From the NCBI GenBank assembly GCA_041497195.1, contig JBGQGB010000001.1, forward strand, positions 143,672 to 207,671: a stretch of 64,000 nt of DNA, read 5' to 3'. Within the stretch, counting starts at the first letter, position 1; each line of letters starts with the position of its first letter. Both the position numbers and the translations under genes were made by a program. Source of the stretch: Candidatus Doudnabacteria bacterium (lineage in GTDB: Bacteria; Patescibacteriota; Doudnabacteria; UBA920; 2-01-FULL-46-14). Below are positions 28,774 to 37,643 of this stretch, in pieces. Below the pieces are notes generated by a model, which did not search any database, was not told the origin of the DNA, and worked only from the letters and a program-made list of their open reading frames with translations.

Positions 28774-28914
28774 TTGTCTCGATCTGGCAAGGACGTTCCT
28801 GAGAAAACTTTGTCTAGCTTGTAGTAAGAGCTTTTAGCTTTTTAGAAAACTCTAAGAAGCTAACACTACAACCTACCCAGAATCCTCTCAACAACGAATC
28901 TTTCCAGGCGACAA
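28774..28914 (-). promoter_or_regulatory. Long imperfect hairpin in the rpsO-pnp leader
   Basis: Nested complementary blocks TTGTC/GACAA, CTGG/CCAG, CGTT/AACG, TGAGA/TCTCA, TTGTAGT/ACTACAA, AGCTT/AAGCT. Confidence 0.7.
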
Positions 28915-28924
28915 TTCACTAAAT

Positions 28925-29191
28925 TTACTTTTTAATCTTCAATTTTTCAACAATTTTTTCGTGACGTTTTTTATCTTCTTCCCGCAAATACCGCAAGAGT
29001 CGGCGACGATTGCCGACCATTTTCAGCAGTCCGCGGCGGGAGTGGTTGTCTTTCTTATGCAGTTTCAAATGCTCGGACACTTGCTCGATTTCTTCGGAAA
29101 GAATGGCAATCTGGACTTCTGGACTGCCAGTGTCGCCTTTGTGCGTCTGGAACTTCTTGATGATATTGTCTTTGTCCTTTTTATCCAACAT
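28925..29191 (-). CDS. rpsO: 30S ribosomal protein S15
   Basis: [26 protein letters not shown]. Confidence 0.98.
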   Translation of the reverse strand: MLDKKDKDNIIKKFQTHKGDTGSPEVQIAILSEEIEQVSEHLKLHKKDNHSRRGLLKMVGNRRRLLRYLREEDKKRHEKIVEKLKIKK

Positions 29192-29242
29192 GAGGGAATT
29201 ATAATATAAACTTTAAAATCTTGCAAGTTAGAAAATGAACTA

Positions 29243-29271
29243 TTGACACCAAAAAATAATTGTGCTATTAT
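29243..29271 (+). promoter_or_regulatory. Sigma70-type promoter
   Basis: TTGACA-N17-TATTAT, with AGGAGG at about 29305. Confidence 0.6.
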
Positions 29272-29316
29272 GATGAGCTAGTAATTCCCTGGACAAAACC
29301 AAATAGGAGGATACAG

Positions 29317-29877
29317 ATGAAACGGATTCTAGAACATCCAATTCGCACAACAACGTTTGTTCTACTGACAGCGGCCCTAAGCTTTATCTCCTACTACACC
29401 TGGCCGACCCCCGGCTCATTGCCTGAGGAAAAACAATACCCTCTTCAGCTACCGCCAAACGCTGACATACGGCCGGCCTCAGACGTGGAACCCGGCACTT
29501 TCAAGATTCATGTTTCCCTCGATGAGCTGCTGACCAAAAGCCGCTCTGGGCAATTCGGTAACCCTATCGTTGCTTACGGGAAAAACGAGCATGATGGATT
29601 CCACAGATTCCACATTCAATACTGGCTCCCGCGAAACGACGGAACTTTCTACTACGCTGATGTGCAAAAGGGGGATGAGAACTGGGGCCATGCCTGGATC
29701 AGCACCTCATGGCAAATCAAAAACGCGACATTGATCGCAACCCCGGTCGCAGCCCCGCGAGACCTCTATACAGCAAGTTTCATTTTTGCCGGCATTGCTC
29801 TCCTCACGCTCTACCTGGAGGTATCAAGCGAGCTTCCGAGGGTAAGACACAAGAGGCTATACCCATTTAAGTGCTGA
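29317..29877 (+). CDS. Hypothetical protein with two TM helices flanking an extracytoplasmic domain
   Basis: AGGAGG then MKRILEH; hydrophobic N- and C-terminal segments. Confidence 0.7.
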   Translation: MKRILEHPIRTTTFVLLTAALSFISYYTWPTPGSLPEEKQYPLQLPPNADIRPASDVEPGTFKIHVSLDELLTKSRSGQFGNPIVAYGKNEHDGFHRFHIQYWLPRNDGTFYYADVQKGDENWGHAWISTSWQIKNATLIATPVAAPRDLYTASFIFAGIALLTLYLEVSSELPRVRHKRLYPFKC

Positions 29878-30010
29878 ATCTCAATCGACGCTTTGCGTGA
29901 AAAACCGGGCTGGTCCACCAGACAGCCCGGTGTATTTTTTTGCGGAAAAAAGTTATAATAACATTGTGCGACCCTGCTCCGCCAAGGCTGCGCAGGGCTG
30001 GTGCGAACAT

Positions 30011-30970
30011 ATGAAACCAAAAATCGAATCGGAAAAGAAAACCAAGACAGAGCTCGATGAGCTCAAGACCCAGTTTCTGGAGCATTTGGAAATCGAGAAA
30101 AACCGCTCCCGACTGACTATCCGTAATTACGACTCTTACCTGTCCCGTTTCTTGGAATTTGCCAAAACCAAAGGAGTAAAAAGCCCGGCAGACGTGGACC
30201 TCGATCTGGTCCGGAACTTTCGCCTCTGGCTCAATCGTATTAAAGACAGACAAGGCCGCGAGCTCAAGCTCATCACCCAGAACTATTACATCATCGCTTT
30301 GCGGTCGTTTCTCAAATACCTCGCGAAACGTGACATCCGCTCAATTGCCGCGGAGAAGCTGGAACTGCCGAAAACCCCGTCCCGCCAGGTCGTATTTTTG
30401 GAAATGGATGACCTGGAAAAACTCCTCGCTGCCCCACAAAAAGAAAAAAATGACACAATCCGCTTGAGAGATCAGGCGATCCTGGAACTCCTGTTCTCCA
30501 CGGGTTTGCGGGTCGCGGAACTCTCCAATCTCAAACGCGACCAAGTCAATCTCAAAAAAGACGAATTCCAAGTCAGGGGCAAGGGTGACAAAATCCGCCT
30601 CGTCTTTCTGTCTGAACGGGCCAAAGCGGCTTTGCAAAAATACCTGGCCACCAGACATGACAATTCCCCGGCTCTGTTTGTCCGGCACAACCACGAACTG
30701 TCCCTTCAAGACGACGCTCCTTTGACCGCCCGTTCTATCCAGCGCCTCATCAAAAAATACGCCAAACTCGCCGGCGTTTCCCATGCCATCACCCCCCATA
30801 CCCTGCGGCACACCATGGCCACGGACCTGCTGGCTTCTGGCGCGGACTTGCGCTCGGTCCAGGAAATCTTGGGCCATTCCTCAATAACCACGACGCAAAT
30901 CTACACCCACATTACCAATCAGCGCCTCAAGGAAACCTACAAAAAATACCACGCCCGCAACCGGAAATAA
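30011..30970 (+). CDS. Tyrosine recombinase, XerC/XerD-like
   Basis: STGLRVAE, RGKGDK, HTLRH, LGHSS, TQIYTH; N-terminal SAM-like domain; start MKPKIE. Confidence 0.93.
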   Translation: MKPKIESEKKTKTELDELKTQFLEHLEIEKNRSRLTIRNYDSYLSRFLEFAKTKGVKSPADVDLDLVRNFRLWLNRIKDRQGRELKLITQNYYIIALRSFLKYLAKRDIRSIAAEKLELPKTPSRQVVFLEMDDLEKLLAAPQKEKNDTIRLRDQAILELLFSTGLRVAELSNLKRDQVNLKKDEFQVRGKGDKIRLVFLSERAKAALQKYLATRHDNSPALFVRHNHELSLQDDAPLTARSIQRLIKKYAKLAGVSHAITPHTLRHTMATDLLASGADLRSVQEILGHSSITTTQIYTHITNQRLKETYKKYHARNRK

Positions 30971-30978
30971 TTAGCACG

Positions 30979-31113
30979 CCAGGTAGTGAAAGTGTGCTTG
31001 GCCGTGTGAAAGGGCCTTCCGATACCTGCCAAACTAAACGACGTGTCGAACAGCTGACATAAGGATGACTTTTCGAATTAAAGCAACCAAACTAGCAAAC
31101 TTCTACTACCTGG
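30979..31113. ncRNA. Candidate 135-nt structured RNA
   Basis: Ends pair (CCAGGTAGT/ACTACCTGG plus further stem) with internal hairpins. Confidence 0.4.
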
Positions 31114-31121
31114 TTGACAAA

Positions 31122-31148
31122 TTAGCACTTAGGATGCTAGAGTGCTAA
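31122..31148 (+). promoter_or_regulatory. CIRCE element (HrcA operator) overlapping the clpB promoter
   Basis: TTAGCACTT-N9-GAGTGCTAA, one mismatch from consensus; TTGACA at 31114-31119. Confidence 0.92.
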
Positions 31149-31191
31149 TATATATACTACAAGCTATTATCTAATTCCTAAAAGCTAAACC

Positions 31192-33846
31192 ATGATTCCT
31201 CTCGATAAATTCACCCAAAAAGCTCAGGAGGCCATCGCGGCTTCCCAGACGATTGCGTCCGAGCACGAGCATCAGCAAGTCGACACCATCCACCTTCTCT
31301 ACGCCCTCATCCAGCAAGAAGGTGGCGTCGTGGGGTCGCTTTTGGAAAAAATGAAAATTGATTCGCGGCTCCTGGAAATGCAGATCGAAAAAATCCTGCA
31401 GGCGCTGCCGCAGACATCCGTTTTTCCCTCAGGCTTGGGGCAAATTTACGTCACCCGTAATCTCAATGAAGTGCTCTCACAATCAATGAAAGAAGCGGTA
31501 AAGCTGAAGGACGAGTACGTTTCCACTGAGCATTTGTTTCTCGCGATCCTGGAACGGGGCGGACAGACCAAGCGCCTCCTCGAACAATTCGGGCTCGGTA
31601 CGGTTGACGTGCTGGAGAGCCTCAAGGATATCCGCGGCTCCGAAAGGGTCACCAACCCTGAGCCGGAACAAACATATCAAGCTCTGGAGAAATATACTCT
31701 CAACCTCACTGATCTGGCGCGCAAAAACAAACTTGACCCAGTGATCGGCAGGGACCAGGAAATCCGACGCGTCATGCAAGTCCTCTCCCGCCGCACCAAG
31801 AACAACCCCGTGCTCATAGGCGAACCAGGCGTGGGCAAAACCGCGATCGCTGAAGGACTGGCCCAGCGGATAGTGGCGGGCGACGTGCCGGAGAGTCTCA
31901 AAAATAAAGTCCTGCTGGCCCTGGATTTGGGTTCGCTATTGGCTGGCGCAAAATTTAGAGGCGAATTTGAGCAGCGCATGAAAAGCGTTTTGCGGGAAAT
32001 CGAGCGATCGAGCGGCAAAATCATTTTATTTGTCGACGAACTTCATACCGTGGTCGGCGCAGGTGCGGCCGAAGGGGGCCTGGATGCGTCCAACATGCTC
32101 AAACCAATGCTGGCGCGAGGCCAACTGCATGCCATCGGGGCCACGACCCTGAAAGAGTATCAAAAATATATTGAAAAAGACGCGGCTCTCGAGCGGCGCT
32201 TCCAGCCGGTCATGGTCACCGAGCCGACAATCGAAGACACTATCGCGATTTTGCGTGGGATCAAAGAAAAATACGAGGTCCATCACGGCGTCAAAATCAC
32301 GGATGAGGCCATAGTGTCCGCGGCTGAACTATCCGCCCGCTATATCACTGACCGATTTTTACCCGACAAAGCCATTGACCTCATCGATGAAGCGGGTTCC
32401 AATTTGCGTCTGGAGATTGACAGTATGCCTGAGGATCTTGATCTTTTGAACCGGCGCATCCGCAAACTGGAAATTGAAAAACAAGCGCTGAAACAGGACG
32501 ACTCCGAGCGAGCTTCGGAAAACCTTCCCAAAATTGAAAAAGAACTGGCCGAGTCCCAGGAACAAGCTCGCACGCTGCGCCTGCATTGGGAAGCGGAAAA
32601 AGACATCATTACCAAAATCCGGGAGAACAAAAGCCGCATTGATGAGCTGAAGATGCAGGCCGAATCCGCGGAACGGGAAGGAGACCTCAACAAAGTTGCG
32701 GAAATCCGCTACGGCGAATTGCCGCGCCTGACCAAAGAAATTGCCGAAAAAGAACAGCGCCTGATCAAAATCCAGAGCAAGCACAAAATCCTGCGCGAAA
32801 AAGTCACCGAGGAAGACATCGCTCAGGTCGTGGCGCGCTGGACCGGCGTACCGGTGTTTAAAATGCTCGAGTCGGAATCACAAAAATTGAGCCACATGGA
32901 AACAGAACTCAAGAAACGCATCGTCGGCCAGGACGAAGCCATCACGGCCATCAGCAACGCCATCCGCCGCTCCCGCGCGGGGATTGCCGAAGAGCGCCGT
33001 CCAATCGGGTCTTTCATTTTCCTGGGCCCGACAGGCGTCGGTAAAACGGAAACAGCCAAAGCTTTGGCCGAGTTTCTGTTCAACGACGAAAAGGCACTGG
33101 TGCAGATGGACATGTCCGAATACAGCGAGCGCCATTCGATTGCCAAATTCATCGGCTCCCCGCCCGGCTATGTCGGCTACGAAGAGGGTGGCCAACTGAC
33201 GGAAATCATCAGGCGGCGCCCCTACAGCGTCGTGCTGTTTGACGAGATTGAAAAAGCGCATCCGGAAATATTCAATATTCTCTTGCAAATCCTCGACGAA
33301 GGTCAGCTCACGGACTCAAAAGGACGAACAGTAAATTTCAAAAACGCGATCATCATCATGACTTCGAACTTGGGCTCCGAGATGATCCGCAGCCAAGCCA
33401 TCGGTTTTGAGGCCGAACAAAAAAATCAAAAAACCGAAGTATCCGAAAACGAAATGCGGGACCACGTGCTAGAGATTTTGAACAAGCACTTCCGGCCGGA
33501 GTTCCTCAACCGCGTCGATGAAATTATTATTTTCCACCCTTTGGCCAAAAGACAGCTGGAAAAAATCGTAGAACTGCAGCTGGAGCTAATTCAAAAGCGA
33601 GTGGCAGAACGAGGAGTGGTACTCAAATTCAAACCCGCCGCCAAAAAACTTCTCGCTGACAAAGGGTTTGATCCCGTATACGGCGCCCGGCCCCTCAAAC
33701 GCGCTCTGCAAAGAGAAATCCTGGACAAGCTAGCACTGCTGATGATCAAAGGCGAAATTGAAAAAGGCCAGAGTCTGGAAATCGATACGAAAAAAGATGA
33801 AATAGTTCTGCATCCTGTCCACGAGGCAGAACCGGCGAAAAAGTAA
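31192..33846 (+). CDS. clpB: Chaperone ClpB
   Basis: Clp-N domain, GEPGVGKT, coiled-coil M domain, [17 protein letters not shown]. Confidence 0.97.
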   Translation: MIPLDKFTQKAQEAIAASQTIASEHEHQQVDTIHLLYALIQQEGGVVGSLLEKMKIDSRLLEMQIEKILQALPQTSVFPSGLGQIYVTRNLNEVLSQSMKEAVKLKDEYVSTEHLFLAILERGGQTKRLLEQFGLGTVDVLESLKDIRGSERVTNPEPEQTYQALEKYTLNLTDLARKNKLDPVIGRDQEIRRVMQVLSRRTKNNPVLIGEPGVGKTAIAEGLAQRIVAGDVPESLKNKVLLALDLGSLLAGAKFRGEFEQRMKSVLREIERSSGKIILFVDELHTVVGAGAAEGGLDASNMLKPMLARGQLHAIGATTLKEYQKYIEKDAALERRFQPVMVTEPTIEDTIAILRGIKEKYEVHHGVKITDEAIVSAAELSARYITDRFLPDKAIDLIDEAGSNLRLEIDSMPEDLDLLNRRIRKLEIEKQALKQDDSERASENLPKIEKELAESQEQARTLRLHWEAEKDIITKIRENKSRIDELKMQAESAEREGDLNKVAEIRYGELPRLTKEIAEKEQRLIKIQSKHKILREKVTEEDIAQVVARWTGVPVFKMLESESQKLSHMETELKKRIVGQDEAITAISNAIRRSRAGIAEERRPIGSFIFLGPTGVGKTETAKALAEFLFNDEKALVQMDMSEYSERHSIAKFIGSPPGYVGYEEGGQLTEIIRRRPYSVVLFDEIEKAHPEIFNILLQILDEGQLTDSKGRTVNFKNAIIIMTSNLGSEMIRSQAIGFEAEQKNQKTEVSENEMRDHVLEILNKHFRPEFLNRVDEIIIFHPLAKRQLEKIVELQLELIQKRVAERGVVLKFKPAAKKLLADKGFDPVYGARPLKRALQREILDKLALLMIKGEIEKGQSLEIDTKKDEIVLHPVHEAEPAKK

Positions 33847-33852
33847 ACTTTC

Positions 33853-33883
33853 AAAAAAACCGCCCCATTGGGGTGGTTTTTTT
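33853..33883. terminator. Bidirectional terminator between clpB and HU
   Basis: AAAAAAACCGCCCC-ATT-GGGGTGGTTTTTTT. Confidence 0.8.
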
Positions 33884-33909
33884 GCAACCAACTCTTAAGC
33901 CAACCTTCC

Positions 33910-34182
33910 CTAGAGAATGGCCTCTTTGGCAGCTTTTGCCACGCGAAACTTCAAAACCGTCTTGGCAGGGATCTTGATTTGCTGCCCGGTAGCAGGGTTG
34001 CGGCCCATTCGGGCGAGACGGTCTTTTTTGACCAGCTTCCCCACTCCTGCCAAAGCGAATTCTCCAGACCGCTTGGTCTCCTCGTAGATGAGTGCGACCA
34101 GCACATCCAGGAACTCACTGACTTCTTTGCGAGTCTTGCCGGTTTTTTCCGCCAAGGCATTGAGCATTTCGGACTTTGTCAC
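33910..34182 (-). CDS. hup: HU family DNA-binding protein
   Basis: TKSEML, ARMGRNPATGQQIKIPAK, KFRVAKAAK; GTG start. Confidence 0.93.
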   Translation of the reverse strand: MTKSEMLNALAEKTGKTRKEVSEFLDVLVALIYEETKRSGEFALAGVGKLVKKDRLARMGRNPATGQQIKIPAKTVLKFRVAKAAKEAIL

Positions 34183-34347
34183 GGAATTTTTTGATTAATA
34201 ATAAGGTTGCCACTATTATAGCAGCTTTTGAAAAAAAGGGAAATAGTTCTACTTCCCGTCCCCGGGACACCACCGGGAAACAAACAAGTCCGCAAAGCAA
34301 AAATCCCCCTCCTCAAAAACGGGACTTGTGAATTGGAGTTACCCGAA

Positions 34348-34653
34348 TCAATCCGTTTTTTTCATGAAGCTTCGCAACATCTCATACTCGCGTGCCACAG
34401 CTGCCTCAATCTCTTGTGCTAGTCCCGGCACGCCTGCGGCTATTTCGGCCACAAACTCTTCCAGGCCCGGATCGTCAGCATCAAATTTTTCCTGCAGCTC
34501 TGAAAGTTTCTCTTCCGGTACCCGGCGCAACAGCACTTCCAAAATGACACTGCTGAACTGCCCCTCGAGGCGCTCCACCAGGGCTGGCTCCGGATTGGCA
34601 ATGCCCAATTCGGCCATTAATTTTTGCGTCATCTTCTCTGTATCTGCTGACAT
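34348..34653 (-). CDS. Small acidic helical protein (DUF5663-like)
   Basis: 101 aa, LMAELGI..., last gene of the orphan operon; family name tentative. Confidence 0.6.
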   Translation of the reverse strand: MSADTEKMTQKLMAELGIANPEPALVERLEGQFSSVILEVLLRRVPEEKLSELQEKFDADDPGLEEFVAEIAAGVPGLAQEIEAAVAREYEMLRSFMKKTD

Positions 34654-34665
34654 AAACTGTCTTTC

Positions 34666-36354
34666 CTACTTATGTTCTGATAAATATTTCTCAACAAGCT
34701 CATGCATCTCCATAGGCTTGGCATTGAACTGTATCGCTAACGTCCCTTCTGGTACTATTTCCCCAGGCTCGATAAACCACAACTCCTTGTCTCCTAATTG
34801 TTTCTTTATTTCCTCAGACAAATCTCCTAACGATTCTTCAAAAGACTGTAGGCCTTGAAACAGTTTATGGCCATGCAAAGTGCTCTTTACTTCTATGCCC
34901 TTCTTCTCAAACTCATTGACCAGATGTCTAGCTTTCAAATCGATTTCTCTGGTTTCTGCAGCCTCCAGCAGTCCGTTCTCGAGATATTTGACCAGGTCTT
35001 TTTCAGATTGGCCTCGGTCGACAACAATCGTTCCGTCTTCCCTGACTCCATTCTCCGCACCCAATCTAAACGAATGCCCTTGCAACTGATATTGATCAGG
35101 AGGTAACTTTGCCAAAGCGCTTTTTAACTTACTTAATGACTCATAGTCACTGTCCGGATCAGAATCCGAAGCAGGATTAAGCTCAATAACGATAAGATTC
35201 TCTTCCCGAAGTTGCCCTTCCAATTCATCAACCTGGTCCTTGGTCTTGGGTTCAGCTTTGAGCTCTTCTTTAGCGATTGTTTCTTCGGTTTTCTTTTCTT
35301 GTAAAACTGTCTTCAGCCTGTCTCTGGCAGAACTATACCAGCTGGAAATTGATTTGCCATATTTACGCTCGAGAACCGCGCCTGTCCCCACACCTACCCC
35401 CAAAATTCCGTAGATAATGGATCGCGTCGCGGCTTCAGACTTTGCATTCACACTAATCTCATGAACGGCTCCTTCGAGGGCTTTTCTCACCCCTTCCTTT
35501 ACCACGGTCGCAGCTGGTGCAGGTACGTGATCCAAATTCTTGACTGCGTGTAAAGCCTCCTCATGGACCGTTTCGGCGAAATTGTTTTCCGGATTGATGC
35601 TATGGCTATAATCGAGCATTTTTTGCCAAGTTTTTTCCACAATCTTACCAACCCATTTCTCCTTGAGGTTGGCGCTCTGTCCGGAGCCCAAAAGCTTCGC
35701 TTTTTCCAGAGCGTCTTGAATGGCCGCTCCCTTGACTTGATAGATGTCACCCGGCTGAATGTGATCCTCCAGATGGCGACGCAAAAAATCTTCCGCATAC
35801 ACCAGTTGTTCCCGAGTCCAATGCACCCCCTGGTCTTGCAAGAGTTGATGCTGCTGTGCCAAATAATCGTGGATGAAATCCCGCGCCACATTGGTCAATC
35901 CCTCGCCAGCCTGGGCGTGGATTTTGAAAACTTGCCCGGGTATCTTCCCCAAGCCTTGCTTGAGCACTTTTTCCATGGCCCGCTTTTTGGCCTCGACCAA
36001 TTGTTCTTGAGTCATTTGCGCAACCTTCTCTGCTGTTTTTCCATCCCCACCCGCAGCATGATCCCACCCGAAATAACTATTAATATGCTCCCCAGCCCAT
36101 TCGCCAAGCGCGCCCGCTCCCGCGCCGATCGTGGCTCCGATGATAGCTCCTCTGGCGACTTTCCAGCCGACTTTTTTTCGCCTGCTACTGAGCATGGATT
36201 TATAAAGTTTCTCCCTCTCCCCAGTCAAATCCGTGACTCCTGCTTGAACTCTTTCTCTGACTCCCAAAATCTCGTTCAATTGCCTGGCAGGTTGTTCAAT
36301 GGCGACTGAAACGCCCGAAACATAAAGTTTGGTCTCAATGTCGCGCAGTTTCAT
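34666..36354 (-). CDS. Large hypothetical protein with glycine-zipper TM motifs
   Basis: RGAIIGATIGAGAGALG and YGILGVGVGTGAV; may be fused to the upstream ORF by a frameshift. Confidence 0.7.
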   Translation of the reverse strand: MKLRDIETKLYVSGVSVAIEQPARQLNEILGVRERVQAGVTDLTGEREKLYKSMLSSRRKKVGWKVARGAIIGATIGAGAGALGEWAGEHINSYFGWDHAAGGDGKTAEKVAQMTQEQLVEAKKRAMEKVLKQGLGKIPGQVFKIHAQAGEGLTNVARDFIHDYLAQQHQLLQDQGVHWTREQLVYAEDFLRRHLEDHIQPGDIYQVKGAAIQDALEKAKLLGSGQSANLKEKWVGKIVEKTWQKMLDYSHSINPENNFAETVHEEALHAVKNLDHVPAPAATVVKEGVRKALEGAVHEISVNAKSEAATRSIIYGILGVGVGTGAVLERKYGKSISSWYSSARDRLKTVLQEKKTEETIAKEELKAEPKTKDQVDELEGQLREENLIVIELNPASDSDPDSDYESLSKLKSALAKLPPDQYQLQGHSFRLGAENGVREDGTIVVDRGQSEKDLVKYLENGLLEAAETREIDLKARHLVNEFEKKGIEVKSTLHGHKLFQGLQSFEESLGDLSEEIKKQLGDKELWFIEPGEIVPEGTLAIQFNAKPMEMHELVEKYLSEHK

Positions 36355-37643
36355 GACCAGAGCAAGGGCTTCTTCTTTTTGGCCTCTTTAATCGCCAGGG
36401 TCAGGGCCTGGTGAGCCTTCGCCAGCTCCAGCCCATCCTTGCCCTCTAGTTCCTTGGCCCAGCTGGTGGCAGAGTATTGTTCCTTGACTCCCTGCCGCCA
36501 TTCCCGCAGCCCCCGAAACGTCCCGCCAATGACAGCGCCCATTTGCCAACCACTCAGACTCAAAACGCTTTTGATGGACTGGCGCATGGCCATGCGCGCA
36601 GCGGAAGTGCCCAAAAACGATACAGCAAAATCCAAAGGCACGCCCCAGAGTTTTTGTCCCTGAAGCTTTTGCAGGGCAAATTCTCCTGCTTTGTCTAGGA
36701 AATTTCTATTGTTCACGATCGCGTCGAACTGAGCCCGTTTCTCGGAAGACAATTCCGCCAGCTGTTCTTCCAGAGTCTTTTTGACCTCTTCTGCCACGGC
36801 TGCCTTCACATCATCCGGAGTCGCTCCATGAGATTCTACCGGTTGTTCGTCTTTAGCCCCGTAGCGCTCACTATCTCGAAGTTTGGCCTCATGACGCGCT
36901 TTCGCTACCATCAATCGCTCTGGCGTCGGAAGCTCCAAATGATTTTCTGATACAGGATTCGGTTCTCCCTCCAAAAAATACTTCCGCAAATCTCCTTCTT
37001 TATCTATTCTGGTAATCAAGACTGGCTCACGCAATTCTAAATCCCCATTATCATCCACCAGCATGACAAAATCACCCACCTTATAGCCTCCGACGTCAAC
37101 TCTCTCAACCTCCGCCATATCTCCGACCGGCTCTGCGGCCGCTGGTGTTGGCTGCACTGGTTCCGGTTCTTTTGACTCTTGGGATTTTTGATACCTAGAT
37201 CGTAAAGCGACTTGAAGTTGCTCCCGCGTTGGACTGGATAATTCTAAATTTTCTTCGGGAATGGGCCCGCCAAAACCCTCAAGTAAATACTCAAAAGTAG
37301 CGCCATTTGTTTGCACATCCAAAATCACCACCGGGCGTCCCGTAACAAAATCGCCACCTCTTTTACCAACCACATTTACCATTTGCCCAGCTTGAAATAG
37401 AGGTTTTTTCTCGCCTCTAGCTTCCAAAGCATCACTAACAAGAGTTTCCCTGGGCGGTAGTGCCTCCTGCTCTGTCGCCTGATCAGGTGCGGCTTGCGTT
37501 TCCGCCAGCGCTGCTGAATCAGCTGCACCGGATTGGGGCACGCCAGAATCAGCGGGCTTCGCAGTCGCTTCAAATTCGGCCCGGGGCTTACGCGGGCGGA
37601 AATTGTTAAATATGTTGGGGTTGGCTTTGCCAAAATCGACCAT
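36351..37643 (-). CDS. Hypothetical protein with two ~60-aa SH3/KOW-like repeats
   Basis: FQAGQMV...EYLLEG...PIPEENLEL and YKVGDFV...KYFLEG...PVSENHLEL. Confidence 0.7.
   Translation of the reverse strand: MVDFGKANPNIFNNFRPRKPRAEFEATAKPADSGVPQSGAADSAALAETQAAPDQATEQEALPPRETLVSDALEARGEKKPLFQAGQMVNVVGKRGGDFVTGRPVVILDVQTNGATFEYLLEGFGGPIPEENLELSSPTREQLQVALRSRYQKSQESKEPEPVQPTPAAAEPVGDMAEVERVDVGGYKVGDFVMLVDDNGDLELREPVLITRIDKEGDLRKYFLEGEPNPVSENHLELPTPERLMVAKARHEAKLRDSERYGAKDEQPVESHGATPDDVKAAVAEEVKKTLEEQLAELSSEKRAQFDAIVNNRNFLDKAGEFALQKLQGQKLWGVPLDFAVSFLGTSAARMAMRQSIKSVLSLSGWQMGAVIGGTFRGLREWRQGVKEQYSATSWAKELEGKDGLELAKAHQALTLAIKEAKKKKPLLWS

Noticed and set aside
30011-30970. Prophage or ICE integrase
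   Set aside because: Xer-like size and motifs, housekeeping neighbours, no att repeats or phage genes
34250-34330. Two hairpins upstream of the HU gene
   Set aside because: Adequately explained as terminator-like structures of the orphan operon; no further signal
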